A stretch of DNA of 64,000 bases from Amphiscolops sp. MND2022. Its lineage: Eukaryota. The stretch covers positions 85,872,001 to 85,936,000 of the forward strand of contig OZ076409.1 of the NCBI GenBank assembly GCA_964187785.1, given 5' to 3'. A model generated the notes under the pieces. That model saw nothing but the letters and a program-made list of their open reading frames with translations. It was not told the origin of the DNA and made no database searches. Positions within the stretch are counted from its first letter, which is position 1. Each line of letters opens with the position of its first letter. Below, piece after piece: positions 1-14,283 of the stretch. The translations under genes and the position numbers were made by a program.

Positions 1-33
1 TTACAAAAAAGTCACGTTTTACTGAATCATTTT

Positions 34-41
34 TGGTGGCC
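34..41 (+). promoter_or_regulatory. Putative primer-binding site (TGGTGGCC, compatible with tRNA-Ile 3' end)
   Basis: TGG start 4 nt after the LTR end. Only 8 nt of match are recognisable, so the tRNA assignment is tentative. Confidence 0.5.
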
Positions 42-615
42 AACGTTAACAATTCTCATTTGAAAGAAAAACGAATCGATGCTTTTTGGAAAATAAGCTT
101 GCGAATTACCTCAAAACAAGCTTATTTAAAAAAACTGCTGAAGTTCTAAAATTCTTAAGCTCTCGGAAAATAAACAAAAAAGTACATCTTTTCCTTCCTT
201 CCTACTCGAACATTCAAAGTTCAAAGCAAAGTGATAACTTGAAACAGTAAAACGCCAAGAATTGAAAATCAAGAATTCCGTTCATCAAAGTATTTCCTAT
301 TCCCCGAAAAGATTACAGTTCAAAGATTTTTCTCGTGACGAACAACCTCGACCTGAAAACTTTTAAAGTATCCAAAGATTCCACAAGTACCAATTGAAAG
401 ATTTTCCGAAGTTTCGGCCTATTCAAAGATTGAAAAGACCTATTCAAAGATTATCACAGAAAGATCCACAGCAATTCAAAAAGTAATAAAAAGATATCCA
501 AAGTATTTCAAAGTTTTCAACGCCTTTCCTACGAGAAAAATCCCAATTCATCCAATACAAAAAAAACTAAAGTAAAGAAAAAAAGAATCCGAAGAAAACT
601 CCAACCTGCTAGAAT

Positions 616-3600
616 ATGACAGAAATTGAAATGCAAAAGAAAAGTCGTGCTTCTCACAAAGCGGTCGCCACAAAATACTGGACAGAAGCAGAATCATTGA
701 TTCTGCCGACACGTTCGGTTTCCCTTGAGGATGCCCTAATTCGCTTAGATCAACTTCATAAAAACCTCGCCAGGAAACAAAACTTTCTCAGCGATCTCAA
801 CTCCAAATTCCAAGCTAAGTTCGACGATGAAGCAACGCTCGAAGACGACATCTTACAGTCGGAAGAATATGATGACAAGTTGGTTCAACAACTCGATCAA
901 ATAGATCGCTTCATCAAAACCAACACTTCATCCGCATCAACCTCAACATCATTGTCTCTACCGTCATCCACAAGAAGCACCCCATCTTCAACAACAACAA
1001 CAAAGCTACCCAAACTGGACCTGCCGACATTCTCTGGAGACTACCTCACCTGGACATCGTTTTTTGACCTCTTCAAAGGAGCAGTTCACAACAACCCGAC
1101 ACTTCTCGACAGCCAAAAACTAAAATATCTCAAAGCGTCTCTGAAGGGCGACGCAGCAAAACTTTTATCATCGGTAACAATCACTGATGCTAACTACACA
1201 GTCGCTCTAAAGATGTTACGAGACCGCTACCAAAACAACCGCATGATATTGCGCGCTCATGTGAACGCAATTGCCGTCCAGAATCCACTCACTCAGGAAA
1301 CAGCCAAAGACCTTCGACAACTTCTGGAAACAGTAGAAGAACACCGCCTAGCCCTGGAAAATATGGGACAACCAGTCAATCAACAAGACGTTTTTATGGT
1401 ATATCTCATAACAGAGAAACTGCCAGCAGAAACACGAAAATTCTGGGAACTTTCAACTCCTGGAACAGAACCTCAGACCTACGACGACTTCAAGAAATTC
1501 CTTGACGCCAGATGCCAGGCATTGGAAGCAGCTACTCTCTCATCACCGCCAACTTCAACTCCAACACAAGCCCGCTTTACAACTCGTCAGAACAGTCAGC
1601 CTTCACAATCATCTCAACGCAGCTACAACGTCAACGTCGCAACATCCGAAGTCCAATGCGAGTGTTACAATGGCTTTCACAAGCTACATCTCTGCCCAAA
1701 GTTCAAAGCTCTCACTGTCCCTAACAGAGCGGAATTTGTCAAGTTGAAAAAACTCTGCTTCAATTGCTTGAAAGCAGGTCATCGACAACAAGACTACAGA
1801 GGAACAACCTGTCGTCAATGCAATTTGAAGCATCATACCCTTCTTCATCTGCAATCATCTCGACCAACTAGATCCGTCAACAACACAGTTGAAGACAACA
1901 ACCCGACTCTCGCCGCTGAAGAAACTTCTGTTGCTACAACGCCGTCACCGCAAGAAAATCAAATCATTGCCACCTCAATTTCTCAACAAGGAACCGGAAA
2001 TATCTTCCTGCAAACAGCAATGATTCCTATCTTGGGAAATGGTGAAACCACCTATTGCCGAGCACTTTTGGATTCAGGTTCATAAAGCAACCTAATCACT
2101 GATAATCTAGTCAAGCGACTAGGTCTACCGCTTCGAAAACATCAAACGCGAATCTTTGGTCTGGGCGCCAAGGGTGAGCTACATCATCAGGGAACCACTG
2201 ATTTCCTCCTCACGCCGAAGAACGAGACAGCCATCCCAGTGCGAGCCTTTGTAATGTCAAAGCTCACTAATGTCCTGCCTTCATCCAAAGTCTCAACAAC
2301 GTCTTGGAAGCATCTCCCAAACCTCAGACTTGCCGACCCGACATTCAATACACCATCAGGAATTGACCTCATTCTTGGAGCGGAGCTGTATGAAACAATC
2401 ATGCTGGATGCCCGAATCAAAGAAAACAACAACATAACCTACCGTAATTCTTTGTTCGGTTGGGTTGTCATTGGAGGTTCGCCTTCAGTGCCGATTCAAT
2501 CGCTCACAACATGCTTCTGCTCAATGAAGTTGATTCCAGAAGATACCTTGAAGAAATTTCGGGAGATAGAAGAGCTTCCACATAGTCGCCACTTCACCAA
2601 AGAAGAACAAGCGTGTGAAGAACACTTCCAAAGAACGACCAAACGCAATCAAAACGGACAATTCGTTGTCAAACTACCCTTCAAAGAAAACGCCACACCT
2701 CTCGGCGATTCCTTCCAACAAGCGAAACGCCGCCTCGACACACTTCTCCGACGACTTATTAGAGATGAAAGTCTCTACGCCAGATACACAGCCTTCATCG
2801 AAGAGTTCCTGTATCTGGGACACATGGAGAAGATCCCGGATTCCGGAATCCCCATTGAATCCAGCAAAAGCTTCTACCTACCTCACCACTGCGTCCTGAA
2901 GGAATCAAGCACTACAACAAAACCTCGTGTAGTTTTCGACGCTTCGGCGAAAACAACCTCCGGAGTGTCACTCAACGATAATCTAATGCTCGGTCCGAAA
3001 GTCCAAAAGGATCTATTTCACATCTTGATCAGATTCCGATTCCACAAAGTGACTTTGTCAGCCGACATCGCCAAAAAGTACCGCCAAATACTCCTCGATA
3101 AAGAAGATAAGGACTTCCTAAGATTGCTGTGGAAAGAATCGCTGTCTTTTCCGTTAAAACATTACCGCATGACTCGCAACACGTATGGTGTGACATCTGC
3201 CGGATTTCATGCCATACGACCCCTATTACAGCTAGCCGAGACAACCAAGCACCCTGCCGCCTCTTTAGCACTAAAGTTCGACATGTACGTCGACGACCTC
3301 CTAACCGGCGCTTCCTCCCAGATGGAAGCCAAAGCATTACAAGATGTTCTCATCGAACATCTTGCCACAGCTGGTTTCCAACACCGCAAGTGGTCCTCAA
3401 GTGATATTTCACTTGTCGATCGCCTTCCCGAAAGCTATCGGGAAACAGCAGACACCAAGCACATAGAAACCGAAGAATACTACATCAAAACACTTGGCGT
3501 CGTCTGGAAACCAAAACACGACATCTTCACCTACAACGTCAAACCATCAGAAAGATCCCCGCAAACCAAACGACAAATTCTATCCGAAGTCACTCGCATT

Positions 3601-6342
3601 TTCGACCACTTGGGTCTCCTTTCGCCAATCGTCATCCAGTTGAAGTCTTTTATACAAGCACTTTGGTTGAATCGATTGAGCTGGGATGACCCGCTCAATC
3701 AGAATTTGTCGCAACAGTACCAGAACCTCCATCAGCATCTCCAGTCAATCGAAGAAGTCCAGATTCCGAGGTGCGTTCTGCATAAGAATGCGCCTCTCAA
3801 AGAAAAACCTCTACAACTTCACGTCTTTTGTGACTCCTCAACAACCGCCTACGCCGCAACCGTGTACATCCGTCAACCCATTTCTCAAGGACTCTTCAGG
3901 TGCCAACTCCTCGTGGCCAAAACCAGAGTTGCCCCTATCAAAACCATTTGTGTTCCTAGACTAGAACTCTGTGCAGCTCTTTTGGGAGCACAATTGGTTC
4001 AATCCATCAGTAACGCTCTCGAAGACGAAAGATATTCGAATCTTGATGTCTTTGCTTGGACCGATTCCACCGTCACTTTGGCTCGGATAAAAAATCATCC
4101 GAGTCGTTGGAAAACCTTCGCCGCCAATCGCGTGGCGAAGATCCAAAACGCAGTCCCAGCAGAAAAATGGAACCACGTTCCCACCGACTCCAACCCGTCT
4201 GACTGTGACAGCAGAGGTATGTCGCTTCAACAGCTTAAAGATCACCAACTCTGGTGGCAAGGACCCGAGTGGCTGCGCATGCCAGCTACCGCGTGGCCAA
4301 GAAACGACATAGGTCTGCCGAAAGAAAGCCTCACAGAATCCAAGAGATCTCATCAAGCTGTTGAGAACTACCGCCAAACTATTGTAAGCAACGAAACTTA
4401 CAATAACCCAAAAAGCGAATTACATACGGTTGTTTGCCTGCCAGCCTGCAAACAACAAGAAGATTCAACACATCTCGATTCAACAGCAACACTGGAAAGC
4501 AACAACCACCTTGTTGAAGAAAACGAACGAGAAAAAGAAGGAGAAGAAGAAGAAGAAGAAGAAGAAGAAGATGAAGAAGAACTATTACCTCCAATAAAAC
4601 CTCCTGATGTCAAGTCACCTGCAAGCCAGCCCAGCCGCAAATTTGGAGATTACAAAGACCCAAGGGACACCGACAACCCAATTCTAAAGGGCGCGAACAA
4701 AATTTCGAGTTTCAAGAAGCTTGTGAAGGTGTTCGCATTCGTCCTTCGGTTTGTTTCCGATTTGAAACAAACAAAACAGCCGAAAGAAGATAGAAGAACT
4801 CGCCGCCCGTCCTTCACGAACCCGATAACAACCCCATCTGCCGACGAACTTGAAAAAGCTAGACGTTTGATATTCAGAACCGTCCAAGGATATCATCAAC
4901 CGGAATTTGAAATCCTTCGTCAAGGTAAACGTTTGCCCCGCAAGAGCTCACTAAAAGCCCTTGCCTCGTTTTTTGACGAAAAAACTCAAGTCCTCCGAGT
5001 TGGTGGCCGCCTAGCCAACAGCAATTACCAACTGGATTTCAAGTTTCCCGTCATTGTTCCTCGACAGTCAGTTATCATCGCACCACTGATCCGCGAAACA
5101 CATCTCCATTGCCTCCACGGAGGTTGGCAACTGACTTTGTCAACCTTACGACAAACCGCATGGATACCAAATGGTACCCGCATTGTACAATCGACAATTC
5201 GACGTTGCCCTCAATGCGCCCGTTTCAACAGCCGCCAACGCCAGCCGGTAATGGGAGATCTACCCGAAGAACGCATCTCTCCATCCTCAGCCTTCACCCA
5301 CTCCGGACTCGACTACCGTGGGCCAATCTCAACAAAATCGAAAAGCAAGAAAATCTATGTCGCCATCTTCATTTGCTTTTCAACAAAAGCCGTACATTTG
5401 GAGACAGTTGAAACACGTACCAAAGAAGCCTGCATCCCCGTCCTACAACGATTTTTCGCACGCCGTGGGTTGCCTCAAGCAATCTACAGCGACAACTCGC
5501 GCACCTTTACGGGAAGCCATAGCGAGCTTGAACTACAAAGAATGCTAGCTGAACAGAAGATCAACGACGCCCTGGAACCCTTTGTTGCGTACCACAAGAT
5601 ACAATGGCTCACAATACCACCGCGTTCTCCCCATTTCGGTGGCCTGTGGGAAGCAGCAGTCAAATCCTTGAAACGCCATCTGATGAAAACAACTGGAAGA
5701 ACTACGCTACCCCTCGAAGAATTGAATACGTTGCTGAACCAGATCGAAGCCATAATGAATTCTCGTCCGCTTACAGCTACATCCAATGATCCCAACGACT
5801 TTCCTGCTCTCACGCCAGCTCATCTTCTAATCGGACGCCCACTACTAGCTGTTCCCGATATTGAGCTACCCGATTCTGCAGTCTTATCGCTTGTCCGAAG
5901 GTTTCAACAACGACAACACGCCATGAGCTTCTTCTGGAAGCGATGGTCTAAAGAATACCTAACAACGCTACAACAACGACAGAAGTGGACAGAAGAACAA
6001 CAAAACTTGCAAATAGGAGACATCGTTTTCCTGAAAGAAGACAACACACCGCCGATGATGTGGCCAATGGCCATAGTCACTAAAATTTTCCAAGGAAATG
6101 ACCAAATCACGCGCGTCGTCGAGATCCGGACCCGAAGAGGATCCTACGTGCGACCAGTTCATCGGTTATCTTTGTTTTTGCCAGCAAAGGAGTGGGATGA
6201 ACGCAACAACGAATCAAGTCACAAAGAAAGTCAATACCCAAAGGTAAATGAAATACACTTAGTAACCAAGAAGAAACCCAATGCAACAAAGACCCGAAGA
6301 CCACAGCTTGAAGACAAAGCCTCTAACCAACAACTAAAATGA
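616..6342 (+). pseudogene. BEL/Pao gag-pol polyprotein with one in-frame stop (TAA 2083-2085)
   Basis: Motifs: DUF1759-like KLPKLDLPTFSGDY; BEL triple Cys/His knuckles; protease ALLDSGS followed immediately by the stop; RT YVDD; RNase H LHVFCDSS and PRLELC; integrase HHCC and SDN...GGLWEAAVKS; C-terminal FWKRWSKEYL. ORFs 616 and 2239 are in the same frame. Confidence 0.93.
4543..4581 (+). repeat. (GAA)n microsatellite encoding poly-Glu in BEL pol
   Basis: Read directly; encodes EEEEEEEEEDEEE. Confidence 0.9.
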
Positions 6343-6862
6343 AAGCGACATTGTTCTTGAAGAATACAATTACTACAGCCATTCGAACCAAAACAATCAG
6401 TAATCATTCACTTATTTCCGAAATTACAAAAAATAAAAAGTTTTTAAATAAGCTTCGCAATTTTGGGGTAATCTACTTCTGGCTGACCCTTGCTTTCGAG
6501 ATTTCTATACCTTCTTGCTGTACACTATCATGGGTAATGGGTCTCTTCTCTCTGGTTTACCGCTGTAGTGTTCAGATTGTCTACAAACCAAGCTTAGTAT
6601 ACTTTCCTTTCACCAAAAAATAATCTTTTTTTTGCGTTGTTGCAATTGCTACTTTGTCCCAAATGTTTCAGTGGAAAAGAGGTTTGAACCCGTTAACTTT
6701 CCGTTAACTTCTTTCACCCTTTGATTTTGTTCACTCTTTCTCAATTCTACGTTACTAAAAAGTCACGTTTTACCGAATCAACTACCATTACCGTATCAAG
6801 TTTGATACGAACTATAAAGAATTTCGTCATCCCCTCGTTATCAGTGTACTTGTGGTACTTAC

Positions 6863-7084
6863 CAGCGCCATCTGCTCGGTTCAACAGCTTCACGTGGGTG
6901 ACAGACGAGGGGGTGATGTCCAGATTAGCGTACGCGTCCTGGCAGAAGGCCGAGCGGTAACACGTGTTGGGGGTCTGGACTTGGCCAGCTTTGGAGTAAC
7001 CGTTTTTGAGCTCCCAATCAGTAGACCATGCATTAGAGCCCTCACCTCCAAGAACGGAAATAGGTGTTCGTGCAAGTTCCAAAT
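6863..7084 (-). CDS. Host gene internal exon, FTP/fucolectin (F5/8-type C fold)-like module
   Basis: Acceptor tttag| at 7085, donor |gtaagt at 6862; 222-nt phase 1-1 exon. Peptide TCYRSAFCQDAYANLDITPSSVTHVKLLNRADG resembles the C-x-H/R-S...DL...V-x-x-V-x-L-x-NR-x-D pattern of F-type lectins. Confidence 0.6.
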
Positions 7085-9667
7085 CTAAATGTACAATTGT
7101 CTTTGAGTTTTGGTACTTTAATAATTTAGATTGTGTAGAAGTCATTTTTGTTACAATAACCACTTTTTTCTTTCCAAAGTTTGAGATACATCTTTTTTCA
7201 TTCATCCTGTCTTTTCGGCAAGTGCATACTCAGAGAGAGAAAACATTGCAGTTACATTAACCTAATTGGTACCCATTTGTTTCATTATCATTACTATACC
7301 CTAGAAACATTACGTAACTGAAAATATATACCAGTTTCCTTTTGCAAATATTAAATCCTATCTCTGGGGTTAATAATGATTTATTTATTACTCAATTACT
7401 TTTTTGTTGCAGCCTCGTCTAGATAGTAGAAGAGAAAGCAATCTTGAAAGGAATTTTATTTTTTTGCATGATAGTTTTAAAAAAATCTGGGACACTCAGC
7501 TAACTTTGAAAATTCGTAGACAAGTTTATCGAGATAAGAAAAAAAAACAAGCAAGAATATGTGAAACAAAAAAATATATCATTGTAAAGAATTTATTTAT
7601 CATCAAAAGAATTTATCGAAGAATTTATAATAGACACTTAAAAAGAATTTATTATAGAAACCACGTCATCAAACGGCAAAACACTTTTCTCACCGAAACA
7701 AAAATGGTACAATACAGCTCATCAAGAGAAAAGTACCAACACCGGATGGTCTGGTAAAAAAACAGAACTACGAGAAGTTTTTATCTGGGATGCCAAACCG
7801 CGAGCGCGGAACTTTTTTCTTTCCATACAGAAAAATTGAGAAAATAGAAAAACTAGCAGAAATTCATAGCTTTCCGTATGAACATATGTGAAGTCATCAG
7901 AATAGACTACAACATAGAGTATTAAAATTTGTTGAAGAGTACTTGTAGTAGAATGCTTAAAGTAAAAGTTTAGTTTCAACGTGTGGGGGAAAGGCAAAAA
8001 AGCTGCGAGCGCTATACCAAAAACCAAGCAAATACAGAACCGAACCCTATAAAATTACCACGGAAGACTTACTCCGGTTTTGCAAAGATAACGTCTCAGT
8101 GGAAAAAACTACCTTCATAACAGGAGCAAACTCTTCTTGGCGAAAGAGATAGACGAAACGCCCCTCCATTTCCGCAGGGGACTGGTAAAACTAGAAGAAA
8201 GATGTAAATTTGAAACAATTAAGCAAAGAAATATTTACTTCAGGATTTATGACAGCGATCCAGACAAGAAATGAAGTGACTAACTAATGGGAAAGAAATT
8301 CTGGATCTCCAAAAAAGATCGGACAATAAAATACACGGGAGAGAAAAAATGAAATGCGCTTCGCCGGAAACAAATTCTGACAGAAATTAGGTTGTCAACA
8401 TAATCGACAAACACACTCTACTGAATGTTAAATACGAACAAATATTCGTGGACCAAGTAGAACCAACGAATATTTAACTAGAAAATGAGTAAAAAATTCT
8501 AACGAAGAAGAGTAAGTAATATTTACGAACACCTATGAAACGTTGTCCAATGTAGTCTGAGTGCTAATTCACTTACAAGAAAGTACAAGTTGTCCTAAGA
8601 AAAAATTATTACGAAACTAATTTAGAAAGATTCAAATAAGCGCTACAACGCCCATCGCACCCGAAAGACAGTTTTAGCTTCATCTTGACCATACAAGCGA
8701 GTCCTCAAAAATTTTCTGAAAATGTCACAGACTTCATTCGGATGGCAAACCGAATGGGTGAGGAAATCATTGGGAGTCATGCGAGTTTGAAAAGAGAAAG
8801 AAAAAGGCATAAATGAACCGTCGCGTAAACTTTAACGAACCAAACAATGATAATAAATCCAAGATTTTACCAAACAACTTAGTTACGAAAAATACAGAGG
8901 AAAAAACAAAAATACCTGTCGCAGCCCCCTCACTGCTGCGAGACCCTAAATACAAAAGGAACGCCAGAGGAAGAAAGCAAAGAAACTGACCAAAAGACGA
9001 CGGATAGAACGTTATAAAACTTGAAATGAAAGCAAACAACAGACAACTGTTGGTAATATTTAAAAATTACATAAAAGCATAGTTAATAAAAATAACACCA
9101 TCGCGCAGTACCTGAAATATTTACATTGTAAATAGTGATATAAAAATGAGTGCAGTATTTTGTTGAAATATAACATCTCAAATATTGACATCGACTCCTA
9201 AATAAGGCTTATAAGATCAAGATCATGGACGCTGAATTGGAACTCGGCAGGAGGTTGATTCCCACTTTTCTTGAAAAGTGAGATGACGCGGAACGCCGAG
9301 TCCCGAGGAAGCCTACCTTATTTAGATTTCCCTGTTTTGAAAGGGACGCCGAACTGAACGAGGTGTGAATTCACGCGCAGGCTTTTCCCGCGTGTCTAGC
9401 GTAAAAGATAAATACCTGAAGTGGGATTAGCAAAAAAGACAAGTGTTTTTCTTATCCTTCGAATGCAGTTGAATTTGTGAAATAAAATTCGTTTGATCAC
9501 CATCAATTTTAGTTTTCTAACTTTTTGATATAATTCGGCTCCTACTTTATCCATACTTCCACCTTTTGAGACCGAGATCTTCCTAGTTGGTAAACTGAGT
9601 CATTTCTGATTTGAAAGATTCGCTTGCTAATTAAATTATTTTCTGGAAAAGATTTTTGTCCAGAGTT

Positions 9668-10010
9668 ATGATTAAAACGTCTCACATGAAAAAATTGAGG
9701 AGCAACCTTTCCAGTAGTCAAACTGATGTTGAGACTACAAGCGTTTCCTACGAAGAAAACATACATCTTTCTGAACAAGATTTCGAGGAAATCTCTAATA
9801 AGATCTAAAACAAGATTTCGTAACGTTTGCGCGACGCCGAGTGTGACCAAAAAGAAATACTAAGAATTTTTGAAAACTTGTCATCTAAAGTAGACAGTTT
9901 GTTCAAAACCTCGTCCGAACAGAGTTTTTCGACTGCCATGATTGAACACATCGAAAATACATCGGAAGAGATTGAAGATATCAGTCCGTCCAGCAACATT
10001 GACTCCAACA
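9668..10010 (+). pseudogene. Decayed retrotransposon gag N-terminal coiled-coil fragment
   Basis: Stop-interrupted frame LSEQDFEEISNKI*NKIS*RLRDAECDQKEILRIFENLSSKVDSL. Resemblance to gag leaders is by eye only. Confidence 0.35.
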
Positions 10011-11659
10011 AAAGCGGGTGGTACATAGAGCTAATGAATGGGTGAAAACCAAATTTGCAATTCGATGGACTCAAGACGATTGATATATTTCAAGAATTAC
10101 GGAATATTCTAAGATTGAAAGTCCAACGAAAGCGGTGCGCCCTTATCAAATGAGTAAATTGAATTTCGTACCAACAAAATTATTGAATTTTGCAATGGGC
10201 ACGTCAAAAATGAATGCAGGATCCGGAGAAGACATAACACACGCCGGGTAACTTCATGATGAAATAGCCTGCATCATTACCAGGAGGGGAGAATGTTTTA
10301 CAGTGAGAACCGATTACCGAACTCTAGTTTAGAAAGTTTAGGTTTTGATTTAAATTAGTTCAACTAAAACAGCACAAAATATCACAGACTCTTCAACTTT
10401 GCTCATCCTTTTGGAGGAAAAAAGAATGGTCGTTTATGAACCGCGTCCACAGAATAATAAAAGCCATCCATTTAAGCGAAACCTCAAACATCGCTATCAG
10501 GATACGTTAATTCGTCCGAAAATGGTATCTCCAAACGAAGCAACTAATTGTCGTTCATCCGACGAAAGGTACAGGAGCAGTTGAACGCGCTAGCCAAATT
10601 TCAAGACTGTGATTATAGCAAAGTTGAAAGTTTGGAAGACAACCTATGCCAAGCCGAATGTAAACAAAGAGCACTGACTGTAATGCAATTAACAATAGAC
10701 ACGTAACAAGAACGAACGCTCTTCGAATTACAATACTGTAGAAAACCTAGAACCGATTTGACAAATTCAATTATAAACGGTAAGTCCTTTCAATATGATT
10801 GGTACGAACTGTCCATTTAGGCCAAAAAGAACAACGATTCCCATATACGTCTCGAGAGATGATGGTGGGACATATCGACTTATCTGGTAATGGCCCGGAC
10901 AGAATCCGAAAAGAAACCTTTACGGAAAAAAAAACCAACAATCAATAAACTCTAGAACCGTTTCAACAAACAAGTGAAACCACAATAAGTCGAACTGAAC
11001 AAACTATAACGACCGAAAACGAAATAACAATTCCAAAAGGAAAGGAGAGAGGAAAAATCACAGCAAATTGAAGACCTTATAACGGCAAAAACACACACTG
11101 CCGCCTACGCCAATGAAATGAACACCTACGGGGTGTGTTCGAATCGGGAATTAAAGAAGGAGAAATCGTTGATCCCAGAGGACAACTTAAACTTCCACAC
11201 CAACTGTGAGGACAAACGTTTAACCGAAACAACTAAGTAGGCAATCGAATAAATACGGGGTGGTAACATACACACAGAAAACCCGCAGACAATAAAAGAG
11301 AAGCAAAGACGCCAAGCAGGATCGTCGGCGTGCTATGAAGAAAGTCACGAGGAAGAGGGTAAGTTATACAGTGTAACACCGTAATCGATTTCTCCGAAAC
11401 TTGTCAGCTGAGGAAAGTGGAAAAAACCAACCTGCTTTTCAATTTACCTTGATTACTAACAGTCTAATATTAGAGAAAATGTTACAAAACCTTTTGTCTA
11501 AGCTAGCATCTTATAGAAAAGAAGCAGAAAAGATTTCTCAGAAAGAGTAGTGTGAGATATGAAAGGTAAAGAGCAATCCCAATTAGAGAGATAATGCTTT
11601 GTGAATTTTGAAAATATTCGAGGTATTATTAATTTTGAGACTTTTTGGTCAAATCGATA

Positions 11660-13370
11660 CCCGTATTTGAATTCATGAGACTTCCATGATTATTACTAGA
11701 TTGAAGCAAATGATAAACCATCATGGAAGCGTGACGTTCATGATTTGGAGTTTCTATGCATGGACTGAATAAGTTCCAAGCGTAGAAACGAATGTAACCA
11801 TATATAATGTTTCATATAGAATCATATGAACATAGTGTAACCTTTGTCACATTTATTTACGATAACTTTGTCAAAAGCTACACCAGTTGCCCGGAAATCA
11901 TGATTTTTTGAACAATTTTCTCGTTTTTGTCGGGTTGTTTTCCAAATCAAAACATGAGTACGATTAATTTAGTATCCTGAGGCTCCAATTCAGGGTCTTC
12001 GTCGAGTATAAATGAGCGGGTCATTTTTTGTTTAATGAACATCGAGGCTATTGTGCAAATGTCATCTTATCTATAGAAAAAACTTTTAGGCTACTTTACT
12101 AAAATTAACTTCTAGAGACATAAGTTTTTCCACAGTTTTGCATTTTTTGGGCTCCACAATTCATGAAGTGAGAATTTGGATCGTTCAAGCGGTCTTTTTT
12201 GAATCGAAAACATGAATGACAAACAGAATATTTCAACAGGAAACTGCAGGTATTCCTTCAACAAAGTGTACTGGATATTTGATATTTAGTTTATTGAACC
12301 TCTTGGAACATTTGATTGCTTTAACACAGGATATGTTTCGAAAAGTTTACGAAAATTGCAAAAAAAAACAACTGGAAATCTTTGGAGTTGTTGACACTTT
12401 CAGACAATTTCCAAAAACAAACTGCAGGTATCTCTGGAAACTAGCATACTGGAAAAATACTATAGCGTCGTTTAACAATTTTATTTGGCAAATCTACAAT
12501 TTTTTTCTTTTTTCAATTTTTTGCCATTCCAATGTCTTTTTATGCAATTTTTTGAAAACTGTAATGTACAACAAGTTTAACTTTTACGAAATTTTTGACA
12601 TTACTAATTTAACAATTTTTTACAATTTCGAAGCGGTAAATGATTCGGTAAAAGATACCAGAATTAGAAAATGTTTTTTCTAATACTTTGCGGTCATTAT
12701 GAGGTGTTCTAGAAGTTCCCCACTGAATACCATTCTAATCCGCAAAAATGCTCGAAGAGTTTTTAAAAACAATAAGTATTTTTGGACATTTCGATTGTTT
12801 TGAGTCATTCTGAGGTATTCGTCTGCATCCAAAACTGTCTATTTCTTTTTCAAGCACGTACCTCATATCTAGTTATACCGTTTGGAGCATTGTGAAACTT
12901 CTAACTTTTAAAACTTCTAATCGTTCTGAAACTATTTTGGTTTCTACTAATAAATCGAAAAAATTTACGTGACTGGAACGAAATTTTGCCTTTAGGCATC
13001 AAGTATCTATCTTCTCGTTCATTTAAAACGTTCTGAACATTCAATGTTCAAGTCATAAAACCAATGGAGCCTTATTGGATGCAAGTCGTTTTGATTTCGA
13101 TTGTCGTATTATATTGTTAGTTTAAAATAGTTTTTTGCATTTATACCTTCAACTGACACACTTCTAAAACTTTATACATTTTAATTGATACAGAAGCAAA
13201 TTGTATCAATAATGTCATGCAATGGTAATTCCATGCATGGAAAACATTTGCATGCATGGAAACATAGTTCCGTACGCTTCCATACACGGTTACAATAAAA
13301 AATTATCGTATAAAACTATATGGCCCCATGGATGGAATTGAATGGAATTGCATGTGGAATTGGATCCGGG
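11660..13370. mobile_element. Non-autonomous CCC...GGG DNA element (CACTA/EnSpm-like) with CATG-rich subterminal repeats
   Basis: ta|cccgtatttgaattc ... gaattggatccggg|ta gives imperfect TIRs with TA flanks. CATG repeats cluster near both ends. Confidence 0.5.
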
Positions 13371-14083
13371 TATTCGAAAGAATAATGCACAGTTAGAGTT
13401 TTCGTCCTTCTGTTTTTTTACCAAATGGTGAGTGAATTTCTCGTACATGTGTAAACGAGTTTCATCTGCTAGCTGTCAAAACTCCTTTTCATGCATATCT
13501 CAAGTCTAAGGTTTTGATTTTGGTTTTGACCTGCTTGTCGTCGATGAAAACAATATAATTCATCAGGTTGCAAACTTGCTCCTGAAGGCTCGAACAATTT
13601 TCCAGCAAAGTATCGAGTTAAATTTTTGGACAAATGATCAAATTTGTCGGAATCAAGAGTTGAATGAAAAAAAAGTGATATGGATTAAAATGTACCGGAC
13701 TTACAAAGATGCTTTTTAGATAGAAACACCCTGAAAACAATTCTAGAATATTTAATCGTATAAGCAGTAGCAAATTTCACCCATTCACCTCCAGATTACT
13801 TGGATTACTGAAACTAAAACACTAATCTATAATCTCAGGCTTGCTTTCCTCTTTTCAGAGGAAACTTGTCGAATTGTCAACAAGTAGTACTCACTTTTGC
13901 CAAGAATGTAGACCTCACAGAAGTCGAGTTTTGCACTAGGATTGTACAGTTTGATTTGGTTTCCTTTGAGGGGCCCAATGGCACAGTCTAGTTTACACCA
14001 TGCGCCGGGTTTTGTACTGGGACAGTTGCCACAGTGCTGACAGTTTGCTTTGTCGTAACATACAAATGCCTGTAGCGTTCTCA

Positions 14084-14283
14084 NNNNNNNNNNNNNNNNN
14101 NNNNNNNNNNNNNNNNNNNNNNNNNNNNNNNNNNNNNNNNNNNNNNNNNNNNNNNNNNNNNNNNNNNNNNNNNNNNNNNNNNNNNNNNNNNNNNNNNNNN
14201 NNNNNNNNNNNNNNNNNNNNNNNNNNNNNNNNNNNNNNNNNNNNNNNNNNNNNNNNNNNNNNNNNNNNNNNNNNNNNNNNNNN
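14084..14283. other. Assembly gap (200 N)
   Basis: Run of N. Confidence 1.

Larger units (their letters stand above)
1..6780 (+). mobile_element. BEL/Pao LTR retrotransposon (5' LTR cut by the window start)
   Basis: Bases 1-29 (ttacaaaaaagtcacgttttactgaatca) match 6752-6780 (ttactaaaaagtcacgttttaccgaatca), so both are LTR 3' ends in CA. A PBS-like TGGTGGCC follows at 34-41, and a BEL-type gag-pol lies between. The start of the 3' LTR cannot be fixed because the 5' LTR is truncated. Confidence 0.92.

Noticed and set aside
7300..9200. Protein-coding gene in an A-rich stretch
   Set aside because: Only short, stop-riddled frames. It may be very old retroelement debris but cannot be assigned.
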